Assembly (NCBI GenBank): GCA_030264375.1 | Contig: JASCQW010000162.1 | Span: forward strand, 95,028,443-95,092,442 | Direction of reading: 5' to 3' | Source of the DNA: Carcharhinus longimanus | Lineage: Eukaryota | Length of the DNA: 64,000 bases | Shown here: in pieces, positions 1 through 12,943 of the stretch | Position numbering within the stretch: the stretch's first letter is position 1 | Layout of the letters: the number at the start of each line of letters is the position of its first letter | Made by a program: the position numbers and the translations under genes | The notes under the pieces: model-generated | Told to the model about the DNA's origin: nothing | The model's input: the letters and a program-made list of their open reading frames with translations, nothing else | The model's database searches: none

Positions 1-1581
1 TTGTCCATTTTGTAGCCTTTGTTTCTTTGACCTTTGTTCTCAATTGCTAATTTTCTGCCTTCTATTTCTGGATTTGCTTCACTTCCTTCTGAATTTATGT
101 GCAAATTCCCATTTCACTGCCTAGTTTGATTAAACCTACTCAACAGCAGTAGCAAACTTCTCCACCAAGATATTGGTACAGTGATGTGGAAATGCTCCAA
201 AATTGATCCCAATGCCCCAGGAATCTAAAGACACCCCTCCCCCCACCTCCCCGAATTTCCACCAAGGACTCAATTTTACTATCTTCCTATTTCTGTACCA
301 ATTTATGTGTGGCACTGGGAGTAATTCAGAGAATGCAGACACTTCCTGCTCCCAGTTCAATTTTTGTGGCAGCAGACAGAGGCTACCTCCAGTTTTAAAA
401 TCCATTGGGTCTCATTATTTGAGCTATTGATGGGAAATGTGGGGGGAGGGGGAGCCTCTTTCCCAAGGCCTGGGCATCATAGTCTCCATGCCTTTCGCTT
501 GGGCCTCCTAACTGGCCTTTCCAAAATCCCCCCCATCTTACCTCCTCCCATCTGGCTCCAGCAATGATCACAGGCCTGGATGCAGTCGTGGCAGTGGCCA
601 CCACTGCAGATCATGCTGCTGAGACCAGAGAGCTGCCAGCCAGTTGCTTGGCTGGCTGCCTCCTACCTAGATAGCGATAAAAGTCCCGACCTGAAACAAT
701 TAATGCCCCACCGAGTGTAAAATGGCTGGAGGGCGACCCAGCAGAGTGGCGCAGATTTGCCACTGACTTTCTTGCCAGGGTTTTGGAAACCTGGCACAGT
801 GTAAAATGATCCCATGCTTGTTCTTGGTGACCATCCAGTGTAGCCCTCCAGGTCTGCAATATTTCTCTTATTGGGTAGTATTCTGCAGTGATAAGTAGGT
901 GGGCAGGATGTAGCTTCCCTTAGCATCATGCACATGACGAGACACTGATAGATCAAGAGCTCCCCTGTAGAAATTGTTTTCCTTGCTGCAGCACACATAG
1001 GGAGAGTGTAAGAGGGAATGAGTTTGGACCGGGTTGATTAAAACTGATCGTAACTCTGACTTAAAATGGAGCTTTTGTCAAATTCAGATTTTAATTGAAT
1101 TCACATTTTTTTTTCAGTGAGTCTGCTCCTGAAATAACGCCACTAATTCTGGTGTTATGCCCTTGTGCCAGATATATTAGAGGAGGTTGACTGCTCTTGC
1201 TTACGGATCACTTTTGAGTGACCTGTTTAGAAAATTGCTAATAATTACTCCTATGAATTATTACATTGACTGCTCCGTGAATAACCATGTATTCTCAGCA
1301 AGGACACTTTTTGGCTTTCTAGTTATAGACAAAGGTCATTTCTTGCCATATTTTAATTAGTTCGTGTGGAAAATGGCATGTTTTCATCAGTTCATTTTGA
1401 AGATTAGTTCTGAAATGATAATGCTAAGAATAGTTCATACACTGAGGGATTTATTGGCAAGTTTTGATCCAAAAGGTCGGACAAGTGTTGATAAGAGGAC
1501 GTGACTGTGTATCTCTTTTCAAATTGCAGGCCCGTGTGTCGTGGCAAAAAGAAGATGTTTTAAATGTTTATTTTGTTCTAA

Positions 1582-1770
<189 letters not shown>

Positions 1771-2314
1771 TGATGTTGTGAGCTATGTATGTAGTGAAGA
1801 CTTTCCAGTGGTGTTTCAGCTTTGTTTTCTAATTCAGAAAGGCTTACTCATCAACTGCAGTTCAATGTGCATTAATGACTTGGGGATGCAGTCCTTATGA
1901 TGGACAAAGAAATGATTATTGTGTAGTCAAAAGAAGTTCAAAGTCAGACAGGGAATTTCAGTTTTCCCTTAGAGATGCACATTTCAGAGCATATAAATTA
2001 AGGCAAATGTTAAAACCCCACAGTCTGAGTCTAGTCTTCAAAGTCACAACGTTCTAATTAATGAACTGTGTGCTTCAGTTTGGACAAGTCGCAGTTTGAT
2101 GCACTCATAAATCAACATGACAGGCTGACTTCTCATGCCTAGACAGTACTTGTCATTGAGTCACATCAGATGTAAACATGATAGAAAAAAGAGAGTCTGA
2201 AGGAGGTGCAATTGATCAACAGAATTGGTAGAAAACCAACTTTTGAAGCATATTATGTATGATCACAGGAAATGGCTGTAACCTCAAGAGGCTTTCTCCT
2301 TCTGGTGATGCTTT

Positions 2315-2419
2315 TTTAAATAGAATTTCTAACAGCCATCAAAAGTGGAATAGGAATTACTTAGCTTTTCTCCTGTGGTTTACAAGCCATAACCCCCTAT
2401 TGTTACTTTGCATAGCTTT
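2315..2419 (+). repeat. 105-bp direct repeat, copy 1 (donor)
   Basis: Matches 2988-3092 with 4 substitutions and no indels by manual alignment. Confidence 0.95.
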
Positions 2420-2797
2420 CTTTTAAAGGCATCAGATGTTTTTTTTTCAGATCCTCACTATTATATTTGAAGCCGAACAAAAAAAGACTGTTGATGTTAT
2501 TCTTCTCAAATGTAAGGCACCATGGGCATGAAATTCAGCTTGGTAACACCCGATATTTGGAGCAACTGGTGTTATATTGGGTCCAAAATGGCACCCAATG
2601 TTTGGACATGCAGTTTTGCTGCAAATTGTGCTGAACACTTTATTGGTGAAAGTAAATGTGTACAGCTGTTTCAATGTATGCAGAACAGGTAGATTGTGAT
2701 GTCAGTCAGCAAGCAAATCTGATATCAATTTGATGTCAATCAGTAGTGCCATTTTGGAGCTCAGCGCTCCAGTTGATATGATCTCTGATCCAGTTGA

Positions 2798-3265
2798 GAC
2801 GATGGCCTCGTGGTATTATCACTAGACTATTAAATCCAGAAACTCAGCTCGTGTGCTGGGGACCCAATTACAAATCCCGCCACAGTAGGTGGTGGAGTTT
2901 GAATTTAATTTAAAAATATCTGGAATTAAGAATCTACTGATGACCATGAAACTATTGTCAATTTTCAGAAAAACCCATCTAGTTCACTTTAAATAGAATT
3001 TCTGACAGCCATCAAAAGTGAAATAGGAATTACTTAGCTTTTCTCCTGTGGTTTACAAGCCATAAACCCCTGTTGTTACTTTGCATAGCTTTATTCTTTA
3101 GTGAAGGAAATCTGCCATCCTTGCCTAGTCTGGCCTACTTGTGACTCCAGAGCCACAGCAATGTGGTTGACTCTCAGCTGCCCTCTGAAATGGCCTAGCC
3201 AAAGGCAGTTAGGGATGGGCAATAAATGCTGGCCAGCCAGCAACACCCATGGCCCATAAAAAAAT
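2798..3265 (+). mobile_element. tRNA-derived SINE with LINE-derived 3' tail, interrupted by the 105-bp insert
   Basis: A-box-like TGGCCTCGTGG, degenerate B-box region, tail GGGCAATAAATGCTGGCC shared with the LINE tails in this window. A related head occurs at about 61315-61450. Confidence 0.75.
2988..3092 (+). repeat. 105-bp direct repeat, copy 2 (inside SINE)
   Basis: Near-identical to 2315-2419. Confidence 0.95.
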
Positions 3266-3514
3266 CTTGTAGTCAAACAAGAGCTAAGCAGCAGGAAGAA
3301 TGCTATTTAAGGATCATCACCTAGTTATAGACTAAAATCCCTACAGTGCAGAAGGAGGCCATTCGCCCCATTGAACCTGCAGCAACAACAATCCCACTCA
3401 GGCTCTATCCCTATCACCCCACGTATTTGCCCTGCTAGTTCTCTTGACACTAAGGGACAATTTCTCATGGCCAGTCAACCTGGTTGATTTATGCTGGTTG
3501 ATTTTTGTTTACAT

Positions 3515-4010
3515 TGTACAGTACAGGCCCTTCAGCCCTCAATGTTGTGCTGAGCTTTGACTGAAACCAAGATCAAGCTATATTCTGGTGTGCTGCATGT
3601 GCCTATCCAATAACCACTTGAAAGTTCCTGAAGTGTCCGTCTCCACTATCACAGCAGGCAGTGCACTCCACACCCCAAACACACTCTGAGTAAAGAATCT
3701 ACCTCGGACATCCCTCCTATATCTCCCACCATGAACCTTATAGTTATGCCCCCTGGTAACAGCTACATCCACCCGAGGAAATAGTCTCTGCACGTCCACT
3801 CTATCAATCCCTCTCATCATCTTATAAACCTCNNNNNNNNNNNNNNNNNNNNNNNNNNNNNNNNNNNNNNNNNNNNNNNNNNNNNNNNNNNNNNNNNNNN
3901 NNNNNNNNNNNNNNNNNNNNNNNNNNNNNNNNACCACCTGCTGCACCTGCAAGCTGGGTTTTTGCGACTCATGCACAAGGACCCCAAGGTCCCTCTGCAC
4001 CGTCGCCTGA
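3515..4010 (-). mobile_element. CR1-clade LINE 3' fragment spanning an N gap
   Basis: Translation RDLGVLVHES...EVYKMMRGIDRV...TRGHNYKV...FFTQ is the CR1 ORF2 C-terminus. Closely similar to the copy at 5600-6132. Confidence 0.9.
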
Positions 4011-4014
4011 ATGG

Positions 4015-4310
4015 TGATTGAGTGGATGTTTCTTCTCATGGGGAAACCAGGAGATACTGTTTAACGTTGACATCTATTTAAGACAGATGAGAGATTTATT
4101 TTGAGGATTGTTAGACTATGGAATTGTGTTCCACAAAGAAGTAAAGGCTGGGGTCATTAAATACATTAAAGGCTGAGTTGGAATGAATTTTGATAAGAGT
4201 GGGGAGGCAGGAATGTGGGATTACTGACACAATCAGATCATCCGTGATCTTACTGAATAGTGGAATAGGCTCAATGGGCCAGATGGCATACTATTTCTTA
4301 TGGTCTTACA
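4015..4310 (+). mobile_element. Degenerate CR1 LINE 3' end
   Basis: Decayed ORF2 end plus the 3'UTR motif GGCTCAATGGGCCAGATGGC. Confidence 0.65.
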
Positions 4311-4729
4311 AAATAATGTTCCCTAGGAACCCAGAGAGCTCCGCCTGAATATCATTCATCTAAATCGTGGAGCTGGCAGATGAAAATTTGATTTTTAACA
4401 CCCCACATGGCTACATCTTTACTAATGCAGCAGTTTCTCTGGAGTGTTGGTAGAGTAATCTTGACTTTTTCCATAATGGTAGAAATGTTTTCTTTTAGAT
4501 CCACAAAGTACAACATCGAATACAAGTTAAGAAGAATTTGTCAGTAAAATATGAAGAATTTGCACGAGCAAAAGCTGTTGCCAGTCGAGAAGTGGGAAAA
4601 CGGAAACGTGAACAAGATTCATTTGTAGTAAGTTGAAAATGATTCAAAATTCATTCACAGGATGTATAAATTTGCTGGCAAATTCACATGTATTTCTTAT
4701 TCCTAAGAGCCTTTGGTAAGGTGAGTACT

Positions 4730-5595
4730 CCAATGCAGTCTTGCCAACAGCCTGTGTCATTGCTCCATTTCCATACTTTTGGACTTCATCCCTCTTGCAA
4801 TAAAGGCCAATACTTCATTTTGCTTCCTAATGAGCTGTACGTGCATATTAGCCTTCTGTAATTCATGTACAAGCACACCCAGATCCCCCTCTACTGCAGA
4901 ATTCCACAGTCTCTCTCCATTTAAATAATAATCCACTTGGTATTCTTCCTGCTGAAGTGAACAACCTGACATTTCCTTACATTATATTTCATTTGCCAAT
5001 TTTTGCTCACTACACCTATCTACATCACTTTGTCAACTTTGTACCTTCTTCACAACAATCTCTGCATCATTGACAAATTTGGCTAAAATCTATTTGGCCT
5101 CTTTATTTGGGCCTTTACAATAAGAGATCCCAGTTCCCCTGTGTACCCTGTCACTAGTTTGCCAACCTAAAATTTACAGATTTATGCTGACTGGTCAGCT
5201 AATAGGAAACCATATTCCATCCGGGCTAATATGTCACTCTCAGTACCATGAGTGCTTATCTTGTGCAATAACCTTTTGTGTAGCACCTTATGGAATGCCT
5301 TGTGGAAATCCAAATATGTTAACAGCTACTAATGTCCCTTTTTTCACACTGCCTCTTACATCCTCAAAGAACTCAAATGAATTTGTCAAACAGAACTTCC
5401 CTTTCCCCAAACCATGTTGACTCTGATTGTATTCTGATGTGGTACCATGTTTTCCTAAGGCTTTTTCTCTGTTGATTGTGATTGTTCTTCTCTATTGCCC
5501 CTAAAGTTGCTATTTTTGGGAAGCTTTTTGTGTTTTCCCATGTGAAAACATGAAATACTTGTTTAGTCTCTGCCATTTCCTTGTCTTTCCAATTC
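4730..5595 (-). mobile_element. Old CR1 LINE ORF2 fragment
   Basis: YYLNGERL, DLGVLVHE and HGLGKGKFCLTNS-like motifs on the minus strand. Confidence 0.75.
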
Positions 5596-5599
5596 CTCA

Positions 5600-6132
5600 A
5601 TAGAACATAGAACATTACAGCACAGTACAGGCCCTTCACCCCTCAATGTTGTGCCAAGCTATGTCCAATCCCAAGATCAAGCTATTTTTCCCCCCCCCTC
5701 CATAATTCAGGAGTGTTCCATGTGCCTATCCAATAACTGCTTGAAAGTTCCTAAAGTGTCTGACTCCCCTATCACAGCAGGCAGTCTAATCCACACCCCA
5801 ACCACTGAGTGAAGAATCTACCTCGGACATCCCTCCTATATCTCCCACCATGAACCTTATAGTTATGCCCCCTGGTAACAGCTACATTCACCCAAGGAAA
5901 TAATCTCTGCACTTCCACTCTATCTATCCCCCTCATCATCTTATAAACCTCTATTAAGTCACCTCTCATCCTCCTCCGCTGTAAAGAGAAAAGCCCCAGT
6001 TCCCTCAACCTTTCCTCATAAGATCTACCCTCCAAACCAGGCAGCATCCTGGTAAATCTCCTCTGCACTTTCTCCAGGGCTTCCACATCTTTATAGTCAG
6101 GTGACCAGAACTGCACACAATATTCCAAATGT
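5600..6132 (-). mobile_element. Young 5'-truncated CR1 LINE
   Basis: ORF 5772..6140 HLEYCVQFWSP...ALEKVQRRFTRMLPGLEG...RRMRGDLIEVYK; short tandem tail (TAGAACATAGAACAT on +). Confidence 0.92.
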
Positions 6133-7209
6133 AAATGCAAATGTTTAGGCTGTCAGTACAATTCTACAAATGTTTTCTGCAACGTTGCAAAAGTCCTCAG
6201 GGTATGGTGTGGCAAGTGCTTGAGGGACTTTGTCTGAATTCAAAGCCATTTGCTGCTACCTATAGGTAGTACCTGACTTTTCTTTTGAAATAGAGCTTGA
6301 CTGGGAGAATGAAGGGAAGTGATGCAGAACAGGATAAGCTACGAGAAGAGGAGAAGGAGGAGTAAGGGAGGTGATCACCTTTCTGTCCAGGATCCCCTTC
6401 AAGCGTGATGCCAGTAACCACAACTCCAATTCATGTTTAGCCCTACACTCCCTCCGACACTAACCATCACATCGTCATCTTGGCCACAATGCAAAAATAA
6501 AAGCAACCATTAAATAAATATTACAAATCAAATCAGATTGGCCAGTAGCTGTTCAACCCGGCCAGGCACAGCACTGTTGCGGCCAGAGGTAGTATTGTAA
6601 CACTCTGCCTGGGAATAAGTCCTTAAGACTTCCAAAATGGTAAGTCCCAAAGATCCTGGCGGGGAGAGGATAGGGGGTGCCTGGGAAGGGGGTTTGGGAG
6701 GGTGGAGATTGCAGGGTTAGGCAGGGGTGGTGGTCCTGGAGCTCCAACATCCGGGGAACAGTGCGCCTTGACGGGGGCCTTTAAAGTGAGGCTATCCACC
6801 CTTTCCTGCCTGAGATGGGGAAAAGTGTAGTTTGTCACTTTTCCACCAGCCTAAGAATTGAGGCTAGGGAGGATAAGGCTCTTTGTTGGCCACTTATGGA
6901 CCTTAATAAGTGAATGGATGCATTTCCTGCCAGAAACCTTACCTACCCAAGTGTGAAATTGCATCTGGATTTTCACGGGTGGATTCCTGGCACAATGGGG
7001 GGATGCCATCCATTCAGTTTCGTGCTCCACCCCAGCCTCAGATCTCACTTTGATGGGAGCATTAAACTCTGCTTTTAGTATCTGTCTTCTGTGTGCCTTT
7101 GCTACCCCTATTGGTGGTCACATGATTAACAAAAGGCTGCTGCCTTCCAGTGAAGGGGGCTGCAGATGGGGGGAGTGACTTCAGTCAGCTCACAGCCTGG
7201 AACATAAAA

Positions 7210-7518
7210 TAGAATCATAGAATCCCTTCAGTGCAGAAAGCCATTCGACCCATCAAGCCTGCACTAACAACATCCTACCCAGGACCTATGCCTACAATGC
7301 CACACATTTACCCTGCTAATCCCCCAGACATTAAGGAGCAAATTTTTTTTTCCTAATCAATACATCTTTGGAGTGTGGGAGAGAAACCAGAGCACTCGGA
7401 GGAAACCTATGCATACAGGAAGAATGTGCAAACGCCACATAGTCACCCAAGGCCAGAATCGAGTCCCAGTCCCTGGCATTGTGAGGCAGCAGCGTTAACC
7501 ACTGTGCCTCCGTGCTGC
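7210..7518 (-). mobile_element. tRNA-derived SINE (HE1-like)
   Basis: Reverse complement begins GGCAGCACGGAGGCACAGTGGTTAACGCTGCTGCCTCACA and ends in a CR1-type TATGATTCTAT tail. Confidence 0.85.
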
Positions 7519-8120
7519 CTTTGAAGTTTTGGACGTGGACTGCAACACCTCTGCATGGGTGGAGCAGTCTGGGCTGACTGGTTACAGGTAACAGCAAGAG
7601 AACTGGTAGTATTGCAGTGATGGGGGATCACAATAGGGTTGTGCTCCACAGACCTCTGCCGCTCCCCTTAGATGGTCATGGAGAACAGATTGTTGAGCAA
7701 CACTGATAACCTCTAAACCCCTCTGAACACTGATTTTAGTGCTGTGTCAGTGTTTGTACTGGTGGTAGAGAGTTTGAAACTTTGTAACGCTGTGTTTTCA
7801 TATCAATCATCCTCTACTTGATCTTCCCCTGTTGCTTGCCAAGGTTTCACCTTTTCGGTATATGAAAGGAGAAAAACACGGGTAAATTTCTGGGGAGGGG
7901 GAATTGGTATATGAGAAGGCAGATTAAATATGAGAATATCTTCATTTTCAATTGATTCAGCCTTCCCACAAGAGCAAGAAATGCTGTTTCAATAATGGCC
8001 AGCATTTTTCTCATGTACTTACCCTCCTCCGATTAGTTCCTGTTGCCTCAGGTTATCCTGCAAGTGTGGCTATATGGCTGTCAAGGTTAAAATGTTTGTG
8101 CTACCCATAAGATGTGCCCT

Positions 8121-8362
8121 GGCAGCACGGTGGGACAGTGGTTAGCACTGCTGCCTCACAGCGCCAGGGACCCAGGTTCGATTCCCGACTTGTGTCACTG
8201 TCTGTGTGGCGTTTGCACATTCTCCCCATGTCTGCGTGGGTTTCCTCCCACAGTCTGAAAGACATGCTGGTTAGGTGCATTGACCTGAAGTGTAGCAACT
8301 AGGGGGAATTCATTGCAGTGTAAGTGTAAGCCTTACTTGTGACTAATAAATAAACTTTACTT
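8121..8362 (+). mobile_element. tRNA-derived SINE, internally deleted
   Basis: Head GGCAGCACGGTGGGACAGTGGTTAGCACT, B-box GGTTCGATTCC, tail GACTAATAAATAAACTTTA. Same family as 17067-17369. Confidence 0.88.
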
Positions 8363-8650
8363 TGGATATGAGGCTTGCAGCAGGTTTCAGAGTGTGTGCG
8401 TGCAGTGGATCATATGAATGTTAGTTATGAGTCCTGATTGATAGAGGTTTCTGGTATGAGGGTGTGGTGAATTGAAGAGTGTCTGAGGCTAGAGGTGCAA
8501 TAGTGGGATGTGACATTTGATGATGTGTTCAATNNNNNNNNNNNNNNNNNNNNNNNNNNNNNNNNNNNNNNNNNNNNNNNNNNNNNNNNNNNNNNNNNNN
8601 NNNNNNNNNNNNNNNNNNNNNNNNNNNNNNNNNATGATGTGTTCAATTAC

Positions 8651-8865
8651 CTTAACCACTTGTTTGAAGTCACTGAGCTTCTTGCAGCACCGAAGTCAGG
8701 TTCTTGGGCCTAGACCACTAGCATTGACCTCAATGACAATCTGCTCCTGTTACCTTTTGACCACAGGACGGGTGGGCCTTCTGCCCCCTGTGGATATAGG
8801 CCATCTCTCCTATTTCCATCTTCTCCACCAAGACGTCCTGCACAAAGTTGGAAAATCTTGGCCCT
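8651..8865 (-). mobile_element. PIF/Harbinger Myb/SANT-like accessory ORF relic
   Basis: Frameshifted translation PRFSNFVQDVLVEKME / RRDGLYPQGA / EQIVIEVNASGLGPRT*LRCCKKLSDFKQVVK, followed by a GTAATT donor. Homologous to 63714-63960. Confidence 0.7.
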
Positions 8866-11800
8866 TTTCCCAAGTTAGACTCCTTTCCTGTATGACACCC
8901 TCACACATTTATCAGTGCCTCGTCCAGACGTGTTGTCGCTCTTATTAAGAAGTGTAGGTTAGCTTTAAGAAGTGCTCGGAAGTTACAATTTTGGGCTCCT
9001 GCTGACATGTGTAGCCAGTGAACAGCACAGTTAGTGCTGGCTAAATGCTTCAGCAGGGGCCCAGAAGTGAAGTTGGCATGCTGCCTGCATTTCAATCAAC
9101 AGGCGAGGGTTAATCGTGCATCATGATCCCCAAGCCCTTTTTTGGGAGCTATCCAATTTACCCCTCCTGTGTTTTTCTTGATAATGCTACATCTCATAAT
9201 TTGGTATGTTATAATTAGTGCCATGTAAGTATAGATATACTCTATGGAGCACATGCCAGTGCAAGATTCAGATGGGATGGGAAACATATGAAAAAATTCA
9301 AGTGTTTAAAATGTAAAGATGTAAATAAAGGGTTATTATTACAAGTCTCATGAAGCCATTGCACAGCTGACAATTTACATTAGACTAATGGGGAGTAACC
9401 TAGGGAAGGAAAGTAGACCTTTGACACGTATTTGAGGGAGGGAAATGAGGTACAAGTTTATCTGGATATTTCAGTATTTCAACACTGATTATTGACCTGA
9501 CAACGGAGCTGTGCAGGGACCTTTTTTGTATGCTTTCAATTGTAAGATGTAAACAAACTTCGTTGTATCCTGTGTTTGATAATTGGGTGGGGAGTACAGT
9601 TTGGCAGCATGTTTGGTGCTTTTAAATTCTTTCCCTGACAATGGATCCTGTACATTTTATATCCTGGCTTTTCATTTGTAAAGCTGTGGTTTGAGTTTTC
9701 CTATAGACAAATATATTAAATGGAACCAGAACATCACAGTCAAATTTCGATGAGTATGGAATTGTTTAAAGGCATATAATCTAAGATACAATCCAAAAGC
9801 AAAAAGATGTTTAACCAGTGTAGCTAATACTATAATTGACTTTCCAGAATTGTTAGGCATGATTTAGATAACATCATCATAGTTTGTTATGAATTATGTT
9901 AGATTATGCATGTTAGATAATTTCCTTCCATTCATTGTAGTTGCGGCACTCCATTATCTTTCTATCAATCAGATAATTATTGTAGGAAATCTGTATAAAA
10001 GTTCTGTCTGTATCGTAGCCAGCATTGTGACTTATTATGCTTGGGCATTTGTTCTGCCGTTTCTTTCCTTGTCCTGTCGCTACCCCTCCCCCTAATAGAC
10101 TCCTCACCTCTCTATTGATAAATATGAATGTCATGTCCATCCATCCATTGAATTCTGCACTAGGTCAAGTCCTAACTAAAATTACAGCAATTACCTAGAA
10201 ATTGGATTGCACATGGATAGGGACATGTTCCAGCAGCATATACTACGCACAACTAACAAAGCTGATGGTGAAATTTTGTCTGTCAGCCTCATTAGGGGAT
10301 GCTACTACTGAGCACCAGCTTCAGCCCCAGAAGAACTTTGCCAGTCAGTGGTGGGAGACAATACTAAATGAACTGACTGGAACTCCAGCTGAGGGCCTCA
10401 TATATTCCTGCAAGGAAGGAAGGCAGCCAAGATTTGTGGAAACATTGGTACACAGTTTTATTGTGAAATATGTGGAGTATTCAGCTAATTATTTTACAAG
10501 GAATCTAGGTTTAAGAATACTACCTACCTTTTAGGATGGACAGTTCGGAGGTTGGGGGTAGGGGAGCGTCCCCATTCATCAGATGCAAGTACTCTGTTGC
10601 CCACCCAATATTTAGAGATATATTATAAAGCTGCAGGGATGGCCATTCACTCTGCTGGGATGGTACTCAAACATGTCACCTTCCCTCTTGGAGATGGGAA
10701 TGTCACCATTAAGCCGAAGGCTTTCTCGTTCATTACTTTAGATATACAATGCTATTATCTGGAATATAGTTCACTGGATTTTAACTAGGTTTTTTTCAAA
10801 AAGTGTGGAAAGTATGTATTTGTATCCATAAATACAAATACACTATCTCACAATTCCTGCCTACATTGTTGAATGACTTATTACTTTTTCTTTAATAAAA
10901 ATATGATTTATTATAGATTTGAATTTAAAATAAAATTCAAGGTCATGTACAACACCAACCTATGAACAAATTATCCTGAAAAAATAGGGTTGAATGGGAG
11001 AGTAATTGCCAACAGTAGGGTTGAGGATCTATAATTTGTTTGTTCTTACTACAGGAGAGAGGTGAATCTGAACTGACATTATTTACCCTTTTTTTTGAAA
11101 TGCTTCATGAAGCGTACCTTTTGAAACTAAGCAAGTTAAGAGCTGTCCGTGTGTGACTGATTTCCAAAATTTGATTAGAGTATTTTTAAAATTAAATTTG
11201 TTTAAGATTTTTGTGTCTCTCAACTGTTACCAATATGAGAGATAAGACCTTAAAGCTTTAGTTTATTTCTACGGAGAGTAGGAAGAAGAGAGTGTTGACT
11301 AATACAGTGACGTCTATTTTTTTTCTTGTTTTGACTCAATACTCAGAATTTTATTTGTAAGATATGGTTAAGTATGAAAGCTTCAGCAAATTTTCTGCTA
11401 ATTGATCATCAGTTTATTATTGAATTTGCATGCGTCTGTATTTAATTTTCAGATCATACATTGTTCCCACAAATGGCACAGTTGAGTGCACTATTCTTCT
11501 ACATGCGGGGGAATGTTGTCTTGTGGGTGTTGTTTTCGATAAGCTTGCTATAACTAATAGTTTTTAGCAAAGCTCTTTCTCATTAAATTGATTTACAATC
11601 TTGCTATTTTTGTCACAAATTTCTTGTTACGTTGAATGCATGAATCATTTTTTTATACCACTTTATGCATGAATCTTATGATTTTAATGACTGCACAATT
11701 TCTTTATGGAGATCACCACATTTCAGAACTGTATTTTGATTTTTTACCCTTTACATGCTTTTAACACCATTTTAATTGTTCAGATAAGAAGTGCAATTAA

Positions 11801-12301
11801 AGAATCTTGATGTTTGGACAAGACTCATTTTACTTTGTTATGATTTGAATATTGAAATTTTGAAATTGATTTTAGCTATTGCAAATTTCCATAACTTTTA
11901 GGTTTCACATGAAGGTCAATCCAGCAAAGAGGAGAAACTGTACTCTTGTTACTTAAGAATTTGCTTTGGAACTCTTGATGGAGCTATACATGCTACCTCT
12001 TTGATTTGCTCACACACTGCTGCACCCACAGTTCATTTCTGCTATTAGTTGCAGATTGGTGCACCACACTGGTCAGTTAGTTATTTCTAACACAATAAAG
12101 CCATAGAATAATACAGTATGAAAGATGCCATTTGGTCCAATGTGCCTGTGCTAGCTCTTTGCGAGAACTGTCCAATTAAATGTGGAGAGGCAGCTGCAGC
12201 AAGTAATTAAGAAGGTAAAGACCTGCATTGCAAGAGGATTTGAGTTCAGAAGTAGGGATGTTTTACTGCAGTTATGCAGGGAATGGTGAGACCATATCTG
12301 G

Positions 12302-12943
12302 ACCCAATTCAAATGATTGGTGAAAAAAAACTTGAGTGACATGGGACAGATTTGTTTTTTACATGGCAAATAGTTAGAATCTGGAATGTACTGCCTGAAA
12401 GTGTGGTAGAGGCACACGTAATCATGCTTTGCAAAAGGAAACTGAATAAACACCTCGAATGAAAATAACCGTGGAATTATGAGGAATGGGCAGGCAAATA
12501 GGCCAAGCACAGCTGCTTTTGCAGGGAGCTAACACAGACACAACAAGCCAAATGGTCTTACTGGCCATTCACGTCCCTTTGCTGCTGTAGCGAGGACGAA
12601 GAATTTGGTGCCCAGGCAAATTTCCATTCATTGCGGTGGGACCAGAAAATCCCGCCGGCATGGTNNNNNNNNNNNNNNNNNNNNNNNNNNNNNNNNNNNN
12701 NNNNNNNNNNNNNNNNNNNNNNNNNNNNNNNNNNNNNNNNNNNNNNNNNNNNNNNNNNNNNNNNATAATTCCACAGTTATTTTCATTCAAGGTGTTTATT
12801 CAGTTTCCTTTTGCAAAGCATGACTACGTATGCTTCTACCACACTTTCAGGCAGTACATTCCAGATTCTAACTATTTGCCATGTAAAAAAACAAATCTGC
12901 CCCATATCACTGAAGTTTTTTTCACCAATCGTTTGAATTGGGT
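12302..12943. repeat. Inverted duplication of a CR1 3' fragment (arms 12302-12480 and 12765-12943)
   Basis: Arms are reverse complements with about 9 substitutions and 2 homopolymer indels. The right arm abuts an N gap. Confidence 0.85.

Noticed and set aside
8121-8195. tRNA-like A and B boxes (also at 58230-58310, 61472 and 63400)
   Set aside because: These are SINE heads or head fragments; no complete cloverleaf tRNA.
8514-8647. Direct repeat ATGATGTGTTCAAT on both sides of a 100-N gap
   Set aside because: Unmerged contig overlap; assembly artefact.
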